Shown here: in pieces, positions 1 to 8,598 of the stretch
Layout of the letters: every line of letters begins with the position of its first letter
Numbering within the stretch: position 1 is the first letter of the stretch
Source of the DNA: a virus
IMG/VR virus record: IMGVR_UViG_3300044716_000883
Span: 32,001-96,000 of that record
Direction: 5' to 3' (one strand)
Length of the DNA: 64,000 nt
Program-made: the position numbers and the translations under genes
Notes under the pieces: model-generated
Databases searched by the model: none
The model's input: the letters and a program-made list of their open reading frames with translations, nothing else
Told to the model about the DNA's origin: nothing

Positions 1-18
1 AATCCCTGAGCTTCCGCA
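1..18 (+). tRNA. 3' fragment of a tRNA truncated by the window edge (possibly tRNA-Ser)
   Basis: AATCCCTGAG-CTTCCG looks like the end of a T-loop, T-stem 3' strand and acceptor 3' strand; lies just before tRNA-Gln. Confidence 0.45.
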
Positions 19-21
19 AAC

Positions 22-92
22 TGCCCTTTAGTATAACGGTAGTACGACAGTTTTTGGTACTGTTTGTTGAGGTTCGAATCCTTGAGGGGCAA
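22..92 (+). tRNA. tRNA-Gln(UUG)
   Basis: Acceptor TGCCCTT/AGGGGCA; anticodon arm ACAGT-TTTTGGT-ACTGT; GGTTCGAATCC T-arm; CCA not encoded. Confidence 0.92.
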
Positions 93-123
93 CATTAGAT
101 TATTATCTTAAAAATAAAAAATT

Positions 124-351
124 ATGTTTTGGACAATTTACGCAATAAGCGTTATTTATTGCTTTTATCAATTAGTAAAACGCTACAGAGCAACTGACTT
201 AAGAGGTGGTGGATTAGATTCAGCCCCAGGATTAGATGGAGTTATGGTACTTTTCCTAGCACCAGTATTAGCTGTAGTTGACGTTACTTTAACTTGGATA
301 AGAATTTATAAAGAAGCTGAAGAAGCAAGACGAAGAAACAATACACTGTAG
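124..351 (+). CDS. small membrane protein, hypothetical
   Basis: 75 aa ORF with two hydrophobic segments; A-rich leader. Confidence 0.65.
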   Translation: MFWTIYAISVIYCFYQLVKRYRATDLRGGGLDSAPGLDGVMVLFLAPVLAVVDVTLTWIRIYKEAEEARRRNNTL

Positions 352-505
352 GGTGGCGGAATAGAGGTAGCTCCTCGTGGCAGACGTGCCCTCTCGTCTA
401 GGGGGTGCTGATCAGAGACAGATGTAAGATATGGGTTGACCACAAAGCCGGCTTATTTGTCTTACATTGAATCGCAGCGTGCTGGTTCAACCCCAGCCCC
501 TACAG
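347..505 (+). ncRNA. oversized tRNA-like RNA (class II scaffold, GUC at anticodon position, D-loop and variable-arm insertions)
   Basis: Acceptor TGTAGGG/CCCTACA+G; TGGCGGAA...GGCAGACGTG D-arm; CCCTC-TCGTCTA-GGGGG arm; 75-nt paired variable arm; GCTGG-TTCAACC-CCAGC T-arm. Confidence 0.75.
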
Positions 506-510
506 CAAAT

Positions 511-596
511 GCCTTGGTGGTGAAATAGGTAGACACGCAGGACTTAAAATCCTGTTCGCAGCAATGCGAGTGCGAGTTCGATTCTCGCCTGAGGCA
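511..596 (+). tRNA. tRNA-Leu(UAA)
   Basis: GCCTTGG/CTGAGGC acceptor; CAGGA-CTTAAAA-TCCTG anticodon arm; long variable arm TCGCA-GCAA-TGCGA; A73. Confidence 0.95.
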
Positions 597-611
597 CAAA
601 TAATTATATAC

Positions 612-944
612 ATGGCATGTCACTGCTTATACTTGAAAAATTCAGATGAATTTTACTCATTATTAAAGAGTAGAGATTCAGATATGATCATGAAGATGGT
701 CAAATGTGTACTTAGTGCAGCTAAACGAAATAAAAAAACCATCGATATATTTGATATCACGTTCAAAAATACAGATGGTTTGATTTTTACTATTGATAAA
801 TCGCAGTATACCGAATTATTAAGCAACTGCCTAAACGATCTAATCGCACTTGAAGAATACGAATTGTGCGCTGAGATCAAGAAATTTATTGATAAGAAAT
901 CAAAAAGTAAAAAATCAGGGGATGTCCAGGTATTTGATCTATAA
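612..944 (+). CDS. hypothetical protein with UVR-like C-terminal motif
   Basis: Start moved to ATG 612 because the ORF-track start lies inside tRNA-Leu; LEEYELCAEIKK resembles a UvrB/C helix pair; last codons overlap the tmRNA. Confidence 0.65.
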   Translation: MACHCLYLKNSDEFYSLLKSRDSDMIMKMVKCVLSAAKRNKKTIDIFDITFKNTDGLIFTIDKSQYTELLSNCLNDLIALEEYELCAEIKKFIDKKSKSKKSGDVQVFDL

Positions 945-1283
945 TCTGGAGGTAGTACCACACGCGGACAAAGCATGAATGTCCTTAAACCCTTGCGAAA
1001 CAATAACTGTAGAATTATCTACTATGACCTTCGACGACATGATGTCTTTCGTAGGTGCGAACGAGTACGCATTAGCGGCTTAATTAGCGTCGGGTGTAAC
1101 ATCCTAGGAACAGAAGTTACAAGCAGTTTACCCAAACGTTAAATGGGTTGGTGGAACGCTATACTAACCATATGGCCCCAATTCTTTTGGAACAGTAGTA
1201 AGATTAAACTGTTAAACTAAGCGTGTGAGACGTTGGTATTATTGTTCGTTATAGAGACACCGGTTCGACTCCGGTCATCTCCA
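918..1283 (+). ncRNA. ssrA: tmRNA; tag ORF 1009-1083 VELSTMTFDDMMSFVGANEYALAA*
   Basis: Acceptor GGGGATG/CATCTCC with G3.U70 and A73; ACCGG-TTCGACT-CCGGT T-arm; ATAACT upstream of resume codon; tag ends YALAA-stop. Confidence 0.93.
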
Positions 1284-1289
1284 CAACTT

Positions 1290-1317
1290 AAAGCAACCGT
1301 AACTGGTTGCTTTTTTT
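1290..1317 (+). terminator. intrinsic terminator after tmRNA
   Basis: AAAGCAACC-GTAACT-GGTTGCTTT followed by T run. Confidence 0.8.
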
Positions 1318-1321
1318 CATC

Positions 1322-1329
1322 ATATTTAT
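1322..1329 (+). promoter_or_regulatory. ATATTTAT putative late-promoter box (first of at least 15 intergenic copies)
   Basis: Same octamer at 12269, 15351, 17671, 30122, 31013, 32345, 35170, 38425, 44320, 49764, 52301, 55708, 58504, 59703, 60680, mostly shortly upstream of start codons. Confidence 0.65.
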
Positions 1330-1353
1330 AGGTAACCATTATAAATTAAAAAG

Positions 1354-2004
1354 ATGAAACAAAAAATTAGTGCTATCGCCATAGGCATGCGCGACAAATT
1401 AGTACTGGGTTTTTTTATGCTTGTTGGAGTCATTATTATGGCTGCCCTAGTAGCTCAGTTGTACTTCGTATATTGTGAGATTTTCAAATCACACGAAGAA
1501 AACCTACAAATGGTTAATGAAATTAACTGGAAAATTGACGGTAGGTGGAAAAACGACCCAAACAACATTTGGTATAACGCAGATGAACATATCTGGGTTC
1601 AAAGCGTAACTAACAAAGTAGTTATCGGTAAATTAGCAGGTAACCGCAACTTAGAGTTCGGTGTTAAAAACGTACTAGAAGAGTACTTACAAGAAAAAGG
1701 ATTAAACCTATCCCCAGATGCTGAACAAAAAATTAAAGTAGAAATCATTTATTTAGATGTTTTAACTACTAAGAAAAATGTGTCTGTATTTCATAAAAAC
1801 GAACAAGAAGTCGTTATTCGCTTAAAAGGTATACTATACAAAGACGGTATTAAAGAGAAAGAGGTAATAGTTGAAGAATCATCATCTGAAATCTCTATGT
1901 CAACTCTAATAGTAGATGAAGGTGGTAAATTCAACCAAACAAGCTTAAGTAATGCACTTAAGAAGGGTTGTGATAAATTAATCACAAAACTATTAGAAAA
2001 ATAA
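1354..2004 (+). CDS. membrane-anchored exported protein (LptE/DUF4410-like alpha/beta domain, tentative)
   Basis: N-terminal hydrophobic helix then soluble domain; first gene of envelope operon. Confidence 0.5.
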   Translation: MKQKISAIAIGMRDKLVLGFFMLVGVIIMAALVAQLYFVYCEIFKSHEENLQMVNEINWKIDGRWKNDPNNIWYNADEHIWVQSVTNKVVIGKLAGNRNLEFGVKNVLEEYLQEKGLNLSPDAEQKIKVEIIYLDVLTTKKNVSVFHKNEQEVVIRLKGILYKDGIKEKEVIVEESSSEISMSTLIVDEGGKFNQTSLSNALKKGCDKLITKLLEK

Positions 2005-3633
2005 ATGAAAAAACTATTACTAATTATTGGGATACTAATAGTATCCATAACAACTAATGCTCAGATAGTTGTAAACCAATCTATTTCTGCTGGACCTTAT
2101 AAAGTAGGTGATACAGTTACTGTAACTTATACAGTTGATAAGGGTATAACTAAACCACGTTATTTCTGGTTAAGATACCAATTTAACAATAAGGCTTTAA
2201 CTTATTTATCAACTACATTCTCACAGGGTAGTCAAGCTCAAACATTCTATACTGGTTGGACTAACTATAGATTTACACCTAAATCAAATATAAGCGATAC
2301 ATCGCTGTATGGTCAGTATCAAGCTACACCTTGGTCGTATGCTGTAAACGCAGATTGGAATGTTGGACAATTAGCAATCCAAAGAGCAGACAGAAGTATA
2401 GATGGTATAATAGCAACTCAAAGATATATTCTTAAAGACCAAAATGTATATGAGAATTTTCATGATTTAGATTTATCATATGCGTTAGACAGTGCAACTG
2501 GTAATAATATTCCGTTTGTTAGAACAACTGCTGTTCCTTTATCAATTACTGGAGTAAGTGGTAATACATCTTTCTTTAAAGTAAGAGTATTATTTCCATC
2601 TGGATACAATATCAGTGATCATTCAGTTCAGTTAATGAGATTAAAAACTGATGGTAGTGGTGATATTGATTGGTCACAACAACCAATTTTACAGAAAGCA
2701 TTAGATGCTAGTGGTGAGGCTATATTCACAACAGGTGTTAAAGTTGGTGATTCGTTAGGTGTATTCGTTGGAAACGCATCATCTAAAAGCTGGATGAATA
2801 ATGTAATAACTGTATCAGATGCATATAGAGCATTTTTAGGACATTCTCAAACTGATATAGCAGGTAATAGTACATTCTTTACAAGACCTACACTTGAAAG
2901 AAGAATTGGTAATGTGACTAGAAACGATATGACATTTACTGAAGCAGATGCTTATTATTCATTTGCACACGTAATGGGAATTGATGTATCTGCTAATGCT
3001 TTCATTCCAACATCAACATCTACATCTTGGAGATGGCATAGTGGATTATTAAATCAAAGTTGGTTAGATGGTACTTCAAGATATAGAGTGTATATTACTC
3101 AACCTGCACAAACAGTAGATGCTGTATTTGCTTGGGGTGGTGACTTAGATTGGTCACATTCATCTCATCCTGATACAATCGCTGCAAGAATATCAAGTGG
3201 TGTATTTACAAATAGTACAGGTGAAACTATAAAAATTGGTACTATGTCTTACAAAGCACCAGTACTAGAGAAAGCAACATTAAGTTTAACCTCAGCAATT
3301 GAAAATAACAAAGTAACATTATCAGCAAACTTAACTAAAGCGGATTTAGCTGGTTTAGAAGTAATTATGCAATATGATAGTACTAAATTAACATTAACAG
3401 ATGTTATATTTGATGCTGGTAGCACAATTACAAATTTCTCAACACACAATGATGGTAGATTAACATTTGGTTCTATTGATCAATTAAAGACAGCTAGAAT
3501 TAAAGTTGGTACTCCATATAAATTAATATTCACGCCTAAAGTACCTTTAAGTAACACTGCAGGTTTATTCTATACAGTATTAGCAGATGCAGTTGATGCG
3601 ACTGGTAAAAAGATAGAATTAATAGTTGAATAG
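2005..3633 (+). CDS. secreted protein with dockerin-like and C-terminal cohesin-like domains
   Basis: Sec signal MKKLLLIIGILIVSITTNA-Q; ITVSDAY...GNVTRND.TFTEADAYY dockerin-like; LAGLEVIMQYDSTKLTL cohesin-like. Confidence 0.65.
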   Translation: MKKLLLIIGILIVSITTNAQIVVNQSISAGPYKVGDTVTVTYTVDKGITKPRYFWLRYQFNNKALTYLSTTFSQGSQAQTFYTGWTNYRFTPKSNISDTSLYGQYQATPWSYAVNADWNVGQLAIQRADRSIDGIIATQRYILKDQNVYENFHDLDLSYALDSATGNNIPFVRTTAVPLSITGVSGNTSFFKVRVLFPSGYNISDHSVQLMRLKTDGSGDIDWSQQPILQKALDASGEAIFTTGVKVGDSLGVFVGNASSKSWMNNVITVSDAYRAFLGHSQTDIAGNSTFFTRPTLERRIGNVTRNDMTFTEADAYYSFAHVMGIDVSANAFIPTSTSTSWRWHSGLLNQSWLDGTSRYRVYITQPAQTVDAVFAWGGDLDWSHSSHPDTIAARISSGVFTNSTGETIKIGTMSYKAPVLEKATLSLTSAIENNKVTLSANLTKADLAGLEVIMQYDSTKLTLTDVIFDAGSTITNFSTHNDGRLTFGSIDQLKTARIKVGTPYKLIFTPKVPLSNTAGLFYTVLADAVDATGKKIELIVE

Positions 3634-3634
3634 T

Positions 3635-5908
3635 ATGAAACAAATATTAGTTACATTATTCTTATTGATATCATTTTTAGGGTTCGGACAGAGTGTATCT
3701 GCTCCGGACTCTAAATCGTTCTTACCTTCTACAGCAGGGCAAGATGCTAGTGGGTTTAGTTTAAGTGGTTTTAGCTCAACTGCTAATTTACTAGCATCAA
3801 TCAGTTTAGTTAATCCACCAACTGGTACAACATTTAACCTAACTACAACAACAGGTCTAACCGCAGCAAGTGGATTCACTTTAGCAGGTAATAAAACTCG
3901 TTTAGTGGTAACAGGAACAATGGCTAATATCAATACGGCATTAGCATCTCTAAAAGTAAACACAGGTTCGGTAAGAGGTAATGTTCAATTATCGGTAGCA
4001 GCAACTGTAAACCCAACTGGTTTCTTTTACAATGGAACAAACGGACACTTTTATAGACCAATATCAACAACGGCAACTTATACAGGAGCAAGAGCGGCCG
4101 CTGAATTAACAACATTCAAAGGCCAGCAAGGATATTTAGTAACAATAACTTCAGCCGATGAAGATGCTTTTATTTTTAATAATGTACCACAAGGTAATAT
4201 TTGGTTTGCATTAACCGATGAAGCAAGTGAAGCAAGATGGACAATTGATGCAGGTCCTGAAAAAGGAACTTTAATTAAAATCAATAATGGTCAATTAAAT
4301 GGAAACATACCAGGTCAATACAATAACTGGGCACCTGGTGAACCGAACAATAGTGGTAATGAAGATTACGCAGTAACTAAATGGAGTGGTGGTTCTCAAT
4401 GGAATGATTTACCAAATGGTTTTTGGAATCCTTATGTAATTGAATATGGAACTTGGACTAATCCTGATGATGCTACATTCACTGAATTCTATACTAATAG
4501 TGTAACACACTCAAATGGTGAAGTATTAACAGCACGCTTTAATTTTGATTTTGGAGGTAATGTAGATGAAACTAGATTCTCAACTAAAGCAAATACATTT
4601 GTAAACAATACTTGGAATGAAGTAAGTAGTATAACTAGACCATTAAGTGGTTTAGGTAAAGTGGATGCAACGAGCCTATTAGATACCCTAAAAGTTAATG
4701 ATGGTATTAAAGCAACTATAGTACCAGGACAAGTAGAATGGTCACTTATAAACCCATATGAAACATCAAGAAACGGACATAGATTGCAAATCGATGAAAG
4801 AGTATTTAGTGGGACTGGTATTAACTTAAACACAGTAAAATATGTAAAGTTATTTGATATATACGAAGGTCCAATCGCACCAATGGATTTTAATGGATGG
4901 TGGAAACAATGGGTAGTACCTGGAAATGTTAATTTGGCTAGTAAAGTAACAGCAAGTTCATTTCAAAATAATATACGATTACAAGATGGGTGGTATGCAT
5001 TTAGAGCAGATTATTCATTTGCACCAAATACAATGTTTAAACAACATGGTATTGAATTAACAACTAATCAAACTGATTTAAATACATTATATAATAGTAT
5101 AGTAACTGTATCAGATGTGTTTATAGCATTTAAAGAATTATCAAATGGTGGTATATTCGGAAATGAAACTGGTAATGAGTTTGCGTATGGTATTCAATAT
5201 ATGAATGCTGATGTTGATGGCAATGGTGTATTCAATGAAGCAGATACTTATAGACTATTACAACATTTAACAGGAGTAAAATCACTTACAGAATATTCAA
5301 CATTAACGTACTTAATGAAATTGTATGGTAAATCGGATTACGACGCTATAACTAAATCAAATTGGAATACACAGTTTAACTATACAAGAAATTTATACCC
5401 ATTCAGCCTAAATACAGGTACACTTAACAACACTTACAATATAGATGTAACTTGGGTTGGTGATGTAAACTTATCCCACTCAGCAATACCTGCTTCAAAT
5501 AACGTAACAATTATGTCTGTAGGTACTACATCTGTACCAAATGAAATTAACGCTTCAATTGTTACTGAGGTAAGTGATAAAATATATGCTTACATTACTT
5601 TAGACCCACTACAACAACAAGTAGTGGGAACCCAATTCCAATTAAATTATGATAATTCAGTATTGAAATTTGAAGGTGTAGAATTTAAAACTAAGGGTAG
5701 TCCAATGAACTATGGTACTAATAAAAATAGCTTTATAAATTTAGGCTCACTAATTAGTGATGGTAGTACTACATTAGATAATACTACTGAATATAAAATA
5801 ACATTCACATCAACAACTAAACTTGATAATATATTAGGTTTAATATCAATAGGTGCTACTGATGCCGTTAATAAAGCAGGCGTACAATTAAAAGTTAAAG
5901 TAAAATAA
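3635..5908 (+). CDS. secreted C-type lectin / dockerin-like / cohesin-like protein
   Basis: Signal peptide; NGHFY..GYLVTITSADE..WAPGEPNN..EDY..WND lectin motifs; ADVDGNGVFNEADTYRLLQHLTG dockerin-like; VVGTQFQLNYDNSVLKF cohesin-like. Confidence 0.75.
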   Translation: MKQILVTLFLLISFLGFGQSVSAPDSKSFLPSTAGQDASGFSLSGFSSTANLLASISLVNPPTGTTFNLTTTTGLTAASGFTLAGNKTRLVVTGTMANINTALASLKVNTGSVRGNVQLSVAATVNPTGFFYNGTNGHFYRPISTTATYTGARAAAELTTFKGQQGYLVTITSADEDAFIFNNVPQGNIWFALTDEASEARWTIDAGPEKGTLIKINNGQLNGNIPGQYNNWAPGEPNNSGNEDYAVTKWSGGSQWNDLPNGFWNPYVIEYGTWTNPDDATFTEFYTNSVTHSNGEVLTARFNFDFGGNVDETRFSTKANTFVNNTWNEVSSITRPLSGLGKVDATSLLDTLKVNDGIKATIVPGQVEWSLINPYETSRNGHRLQIDERVFSGTGINLNTVKYVKLFDIYEGPIAPMDFNGWWKQWVVPGNVNLASKVTASSFQNNIRLQDGWYAFRADYSFAPNTMFKQHGIELTTNQTDLNTLYNSIVTVSDVFIAFKELSNGGIFGNETGNEFAYGIQYMNADVDGNGVFNEADTYRLLQHLTGVKSLTEYSTLTYLMKLYGKSDYDAITKSNWNTQFNYTRNLYPFSLNTGTLNNTYNIDVTWVGDVNLSHSAIPASNNVTIMSVGTTSVPNEINASIVTEVSDKIYAYITLDPLQQQVVGTQFQLNYDNSVLKFEGVEFKTKGSPMNYGTNKNSFINLGSLISDGSTTLDNTTEYKITFTSTTKLDNILGLISIGATDAVNKAGVQLKVKVK

Positions 5909-6243
5909 TGAAAAAATTACTATTCATATTATTACTATTATCAGCTTGTAAAAAGGTAGACGTACCACCACAACCACCAACGGTACAGGATATATTCAGC
6001 GTTGCTGAATCTACTGTGTCTAATGGTGGAGATATTTACTTTGATTTGAAAGCAGCAGGTACATATACCTTAACAATGTTAGACCAAACCCAAAACGTAA
6101 TCACAAGGGAGCGTATTAGTGGTAAAGTTGGCCAAAACAAATTAAAAATATACACTAGTTCGCTACCAGTTAAATATTTATATCTAGTACTGGAAGACCA
6201 ATCCCGTACTCAAATAGGTAAAACCGCCATTAAAATTAATTAA
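5908..6243 (+). CDS. lipoprotein with T9SS C-terminal-sorting-domain-like fold
   Basis: Lipobox LSAC; GTYTLTMLDQTQNVI...TSSLPVKYLYLVLED pattern. Confidence 0.55.
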   Translation: MKKLLFILLLLSACKKVDVPPQPPTVQDIFSVAESTVSNGGDIYFDLKAAGTYTLTMLDQTQNVITRERISGKVGQNKLKIYTSSLPVKYLYLVLEDQSRTQIGKTAIKIN

Positions 6244-6254
6244 AGATGAACGCA

Positions 6255-6620
6255 ATGAAGAAAATATTAGCAGTTGCAGCTATCCTATTTGTAGGATGTA
6301 CTAAAGTGGATGTACCAACACCACAACCCCCAGTAACAAACGCTGAATTAAAAATAACTAGCGCAGTAGGTATTAAATTACAATCACCATTCGTAACAAA
6401 CGAAGTTGCTATGAATGTTAAAAGTGATGTAGCGCAGTCAGTTACAATTAGAATATTTGATATCTCAAACAGAGTAGTATCAAAAGAAACAGTAAACGTA
6501 ATCGTTGGTGATAATATCTTAAAAGTATACACATCAGCATTACCACCATCAGCGTACAGAATTGGATTATTCGATGCTAATGGTAATCAATTAGGAATCA
6601 CAGATTTTAACAAACTATAA
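6255..6620 (+). CDS. lipoprotein with T9SS C-terminal-sorting-domain-like fold (paralog of previous gene)
   Basis: Lipobox FVGC; VTIRIFDISNRVV...TSALPPSAYRIGL pattern; shared KKVDVP-P/Q-rich linker. Confidence 0.6.
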   Translation: MKKILAVAAILFVGCTKVDVPTPQPPVTNAELKITSAVGIKLQSPFVTNEVAMNVKSDVAQSVTIRIFDISNRVVSKETVNVIVGDNILKVYTSALPPSAYRIGLFDANGNQLGITDFNKL

Positions 6621-6632
6621 AAATTAAATAAC

Positions 6633-6941
6633 ATGTCAGAAGAAGTAGAACAAGAATCAACTGGTAAATCGTTTAAAAACATTATCATTGGTCTAGTTAG
6701 TACAGTTACACTAGGTGTAGGTGGATTTATTACTAACAAATTAACAGGTGGTGGTGATGAAGCAGCTCCTGCACCAGCAGCAGCTCCAGTAATTAACATT
6801 ACTAACAGCAACCAACAACAACAAGCAGCAGGTGGTAAAACTGTAATCATTAAAGAGAAAGCAGCAGAACCAGCTAAACCAGCAGCTCCAGTTAAGAAAA
6901 AAGACGGTGACGAATTTAAAGAAAAAGAACCACAGTGGTAA
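6633..6941 (+). CDS. single-pass membrane protein with Pro/Ala-rich tail
   Basis: IIIGLVSTVTLGVGGFI helix; APAPAAAP linker. Confidence 0.65.
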   Translation: MSEEVEQESTGKSFKNIIIGLVSTVTLGVGGFITNKLTGGGDEAAPAPAAAPVINITNSNQQQQAAGGKTVIIKEKAAEPAKPAAPVKKKDGDEFKEKEPQW

Positions 6942-6958
6942 TTTATAAAAAATAAAGT

Positions 6959-7567
6959 ATGCAACCAAATACAGGATTTAGAGAACTATTAAATAAAATG
7001 ATGTCCCGCAGATGGTACATCACAGCTATGGTATTAGGTGGATTCATTGTAATCATTGCTGGTATATTCGCAGCAATCAGTTTACAAACACCAATGGCCG
7101 CAGCATGGAAAGAATTATTAATGTTATTATTAGGTGCCTTCATTGGTAGCTATGGTAAAATCATCGACTACTGGTTCAGTGATACTGACAAAGATAAAAT
7201 GTTAGTACAGAAAATGGATGAAGAAGATGGTGTAGCACTAGGTAGTGTTAATGACATTAAAGAATCAAACAAACCATTTACTCCATTAATTCCAGATGCT
7301 TTCGTAGCAGGTGCAGCAGCCGCTAGAGATTTAGCTGTAGTTGAAAACAAACAAAACTTTGAATTAGCTGCTGATCAACAAGAACATGATCAAAAGTTAG
7401 AAGCTGACCAACAAGAGCACGAGCAGGAAATGGCTAAATTAAAATTAGAACACGAACTTAAAGCACATAGATATTGCGAACATGAATGGGGTGACTCAGA
7501 CAATGATGGTGAACTAGAATGCCAAAAATGTGGTCTATTAAAAGATGCTTACGACGAATCTCACTAA
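6959..7567 (+). CDS. two-TM membrane protein (holin-like N-terminus) with coiled coil and Cys/His tail
   Basis: Two TM helices ending LLGAFIGSYGKIIDYWFS; repeated ADQQEH; C-terminal CEHEW...CQKC. Confidence 0.55.
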   Translation: MQPNTGFRELLNKMMSRRWYITAMVLGGFIVIIAGIFAAISLQTPMAAAWKELLMLLLGAFIGSYGKIIDYWFSDTDKDKMLVQKMDEEDGVALGSVNDIKESNKPFTPLIPDAFVAGAAAARDLAVVENKQNFELAADQQEHDQKLEADQQEHEQEMAKLKLEHELKAHRYCEHEWGDSDNDGELECQKCGLLKDAYDESH

Positions 7568-7585
7568 CCATTAAAAATTAAAAGT

Positions 7586-7825
7586 ATGAATTTCAAACAG
7601 TGGGTTATTGATCTATTCAAAGATGAAAGAGGATCAACTTCAGTAAAACCGGTTATCGCGTTTGTAGGTGCAATGTTTTTATGTGTAACAATGATGTTAA
7701 ATTCATTTTCACATGCAGATTTTGCTCCATCAGCAGAACTAGTAAATGCAGTAATGATTATTACTGGTATTGGAATGGGTGCTGATACATTTGACAAATT
7801 CTCTCATAAAAAGAAAGAAGATTAA
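7586..7825 (+). CDS. small two-TM membrane protein (holin candidate)
   Basis: Two hydrophobic helices and a charged C-terminus. Confidence 0.5.
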   Translation: MNFKQWVIDLFKDERGSTSVKPVIAFVGAMFLCVTMMLNSFSHADFAPSAELVNAVMIITGIGMGADTFDKFSHKKKED

Positions 7826-7835
7826 AAACAAAACT

Positions 7836-7861
7836 AAAGGGAACTTCGGTTCCCTTTTTTT
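7836..7861 (+). terminator. intrinsic terminator
   Basis: AAAGGGAAC-TTCG-GTTCCCTTT plus T run. Confidence 0.8.
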
Positions 7862-7876
7862 AAATCAAATTTATGT

Positions 7877-8593
7877 ATGAAAAATTTATTAATATTATTA
7901 GGTCTATTACTGACCATAAGTGCGGGTGCCCAAACTGTCGGATCAACGAAGACAGAGCAGTACAAAGCTTCATTCGAAACCAAAATAGACATTAGTCAAT
8001 TTTTAAATTATGAAGGCAAAACAATACCGATTCAGATTCTCAAATGCGGTATTGGTGATGATCTTTATGAGCAATATCCTGAACTCAAAGAAAAGAAAGT
8101 GGGTTTGGGTGTGGCTAACATCACGCTTGAATATCTTGAAAATCTTAACCGCTTTACATTTACAGAAGATAAAACAGAAATTAAAAACAGAATGGTAAAG
8201 CAATTCCAAGCATCACAAGCTGGAATTAGCCAAGATAAATTAGATGGTAGAGGTAAGATTAGATTAGCTCATTACTTCGTTGAAATTGAAGTATACGATT
8301 GGTCAGTTTCAGATGACGAAGAAGTAAACTTAAAAGACGGAGTTAAAAATACAATGGTTACACGTTTAGGCTTACAAGTACGCTTTACAGATGCTGAAAC
8401 AGGAGAAATTATAGCAGCATCTGGTTTAGGTGAAGCTAAAACAACAAGAGAATTAACATTATTATCTGACGCAACAATAGATCCAGTTAAATTTAATCAA
8501 TCAACAGTTAGTATTGCGACTAAAAAAGCATTAGACATTGCTTGTGCTCGTATATTACCTCGTATGATTAAAAAGGGTGTATTTCCAAACTAA
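7877..8593 (+). CDS. CsgG/HfaB-like exported protein
   Basis: Signal peptide; LGVANITLEYL..NRFTFTE..; RLGLQVRFTDAETGEIIAASGLGEA typical of the CsgG family. Confidence 0.7.
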   Translation: MKNLLILLGLLLTISAGAQTVGSTKTEQYKASFETKIDISQFLNYEGKTIPIQILKCGIGDDLYEQYPELKEKKVGLGVANITLEYLENLNRFTFTEDKTEIKNRMVKQFQASQAGISQDKLDGRGKIRLAHYFVEIEVYDWSVSDDEEVNLKDGVKNTMVTRLGLQVRFTDAETGEIIAASGLGEAKTTRELTLLSDATIDPVKFNQSTVSIATKKALDIACARILPRMIKKGVFPN

Positions 8594-8598
8594 TTAAA

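Noticed and set aside
389-410. Amber-suppressor (CUA) or selenocysteine reading of the tRNA-like RNA, implying stop-codon recoding
   Set aside because: Registering CTA as the anticodon breaks the stem; there is no UCA; long genes end cleanly at TAG/TGA/TAA with the next gene starting immediately, so the standard code fits
564-611. ORF-track start at 564
   Set aside because: Falls inside tRNA-Leu; ATG 612 has a proper A/T-rich leader
3635-5908. C-type lectin as target of a diversity-generating retroelement
   Set aside because: No reverse transcriptase or template/variable repeat pair in the window; the lectin is internal and of EPN/WND type
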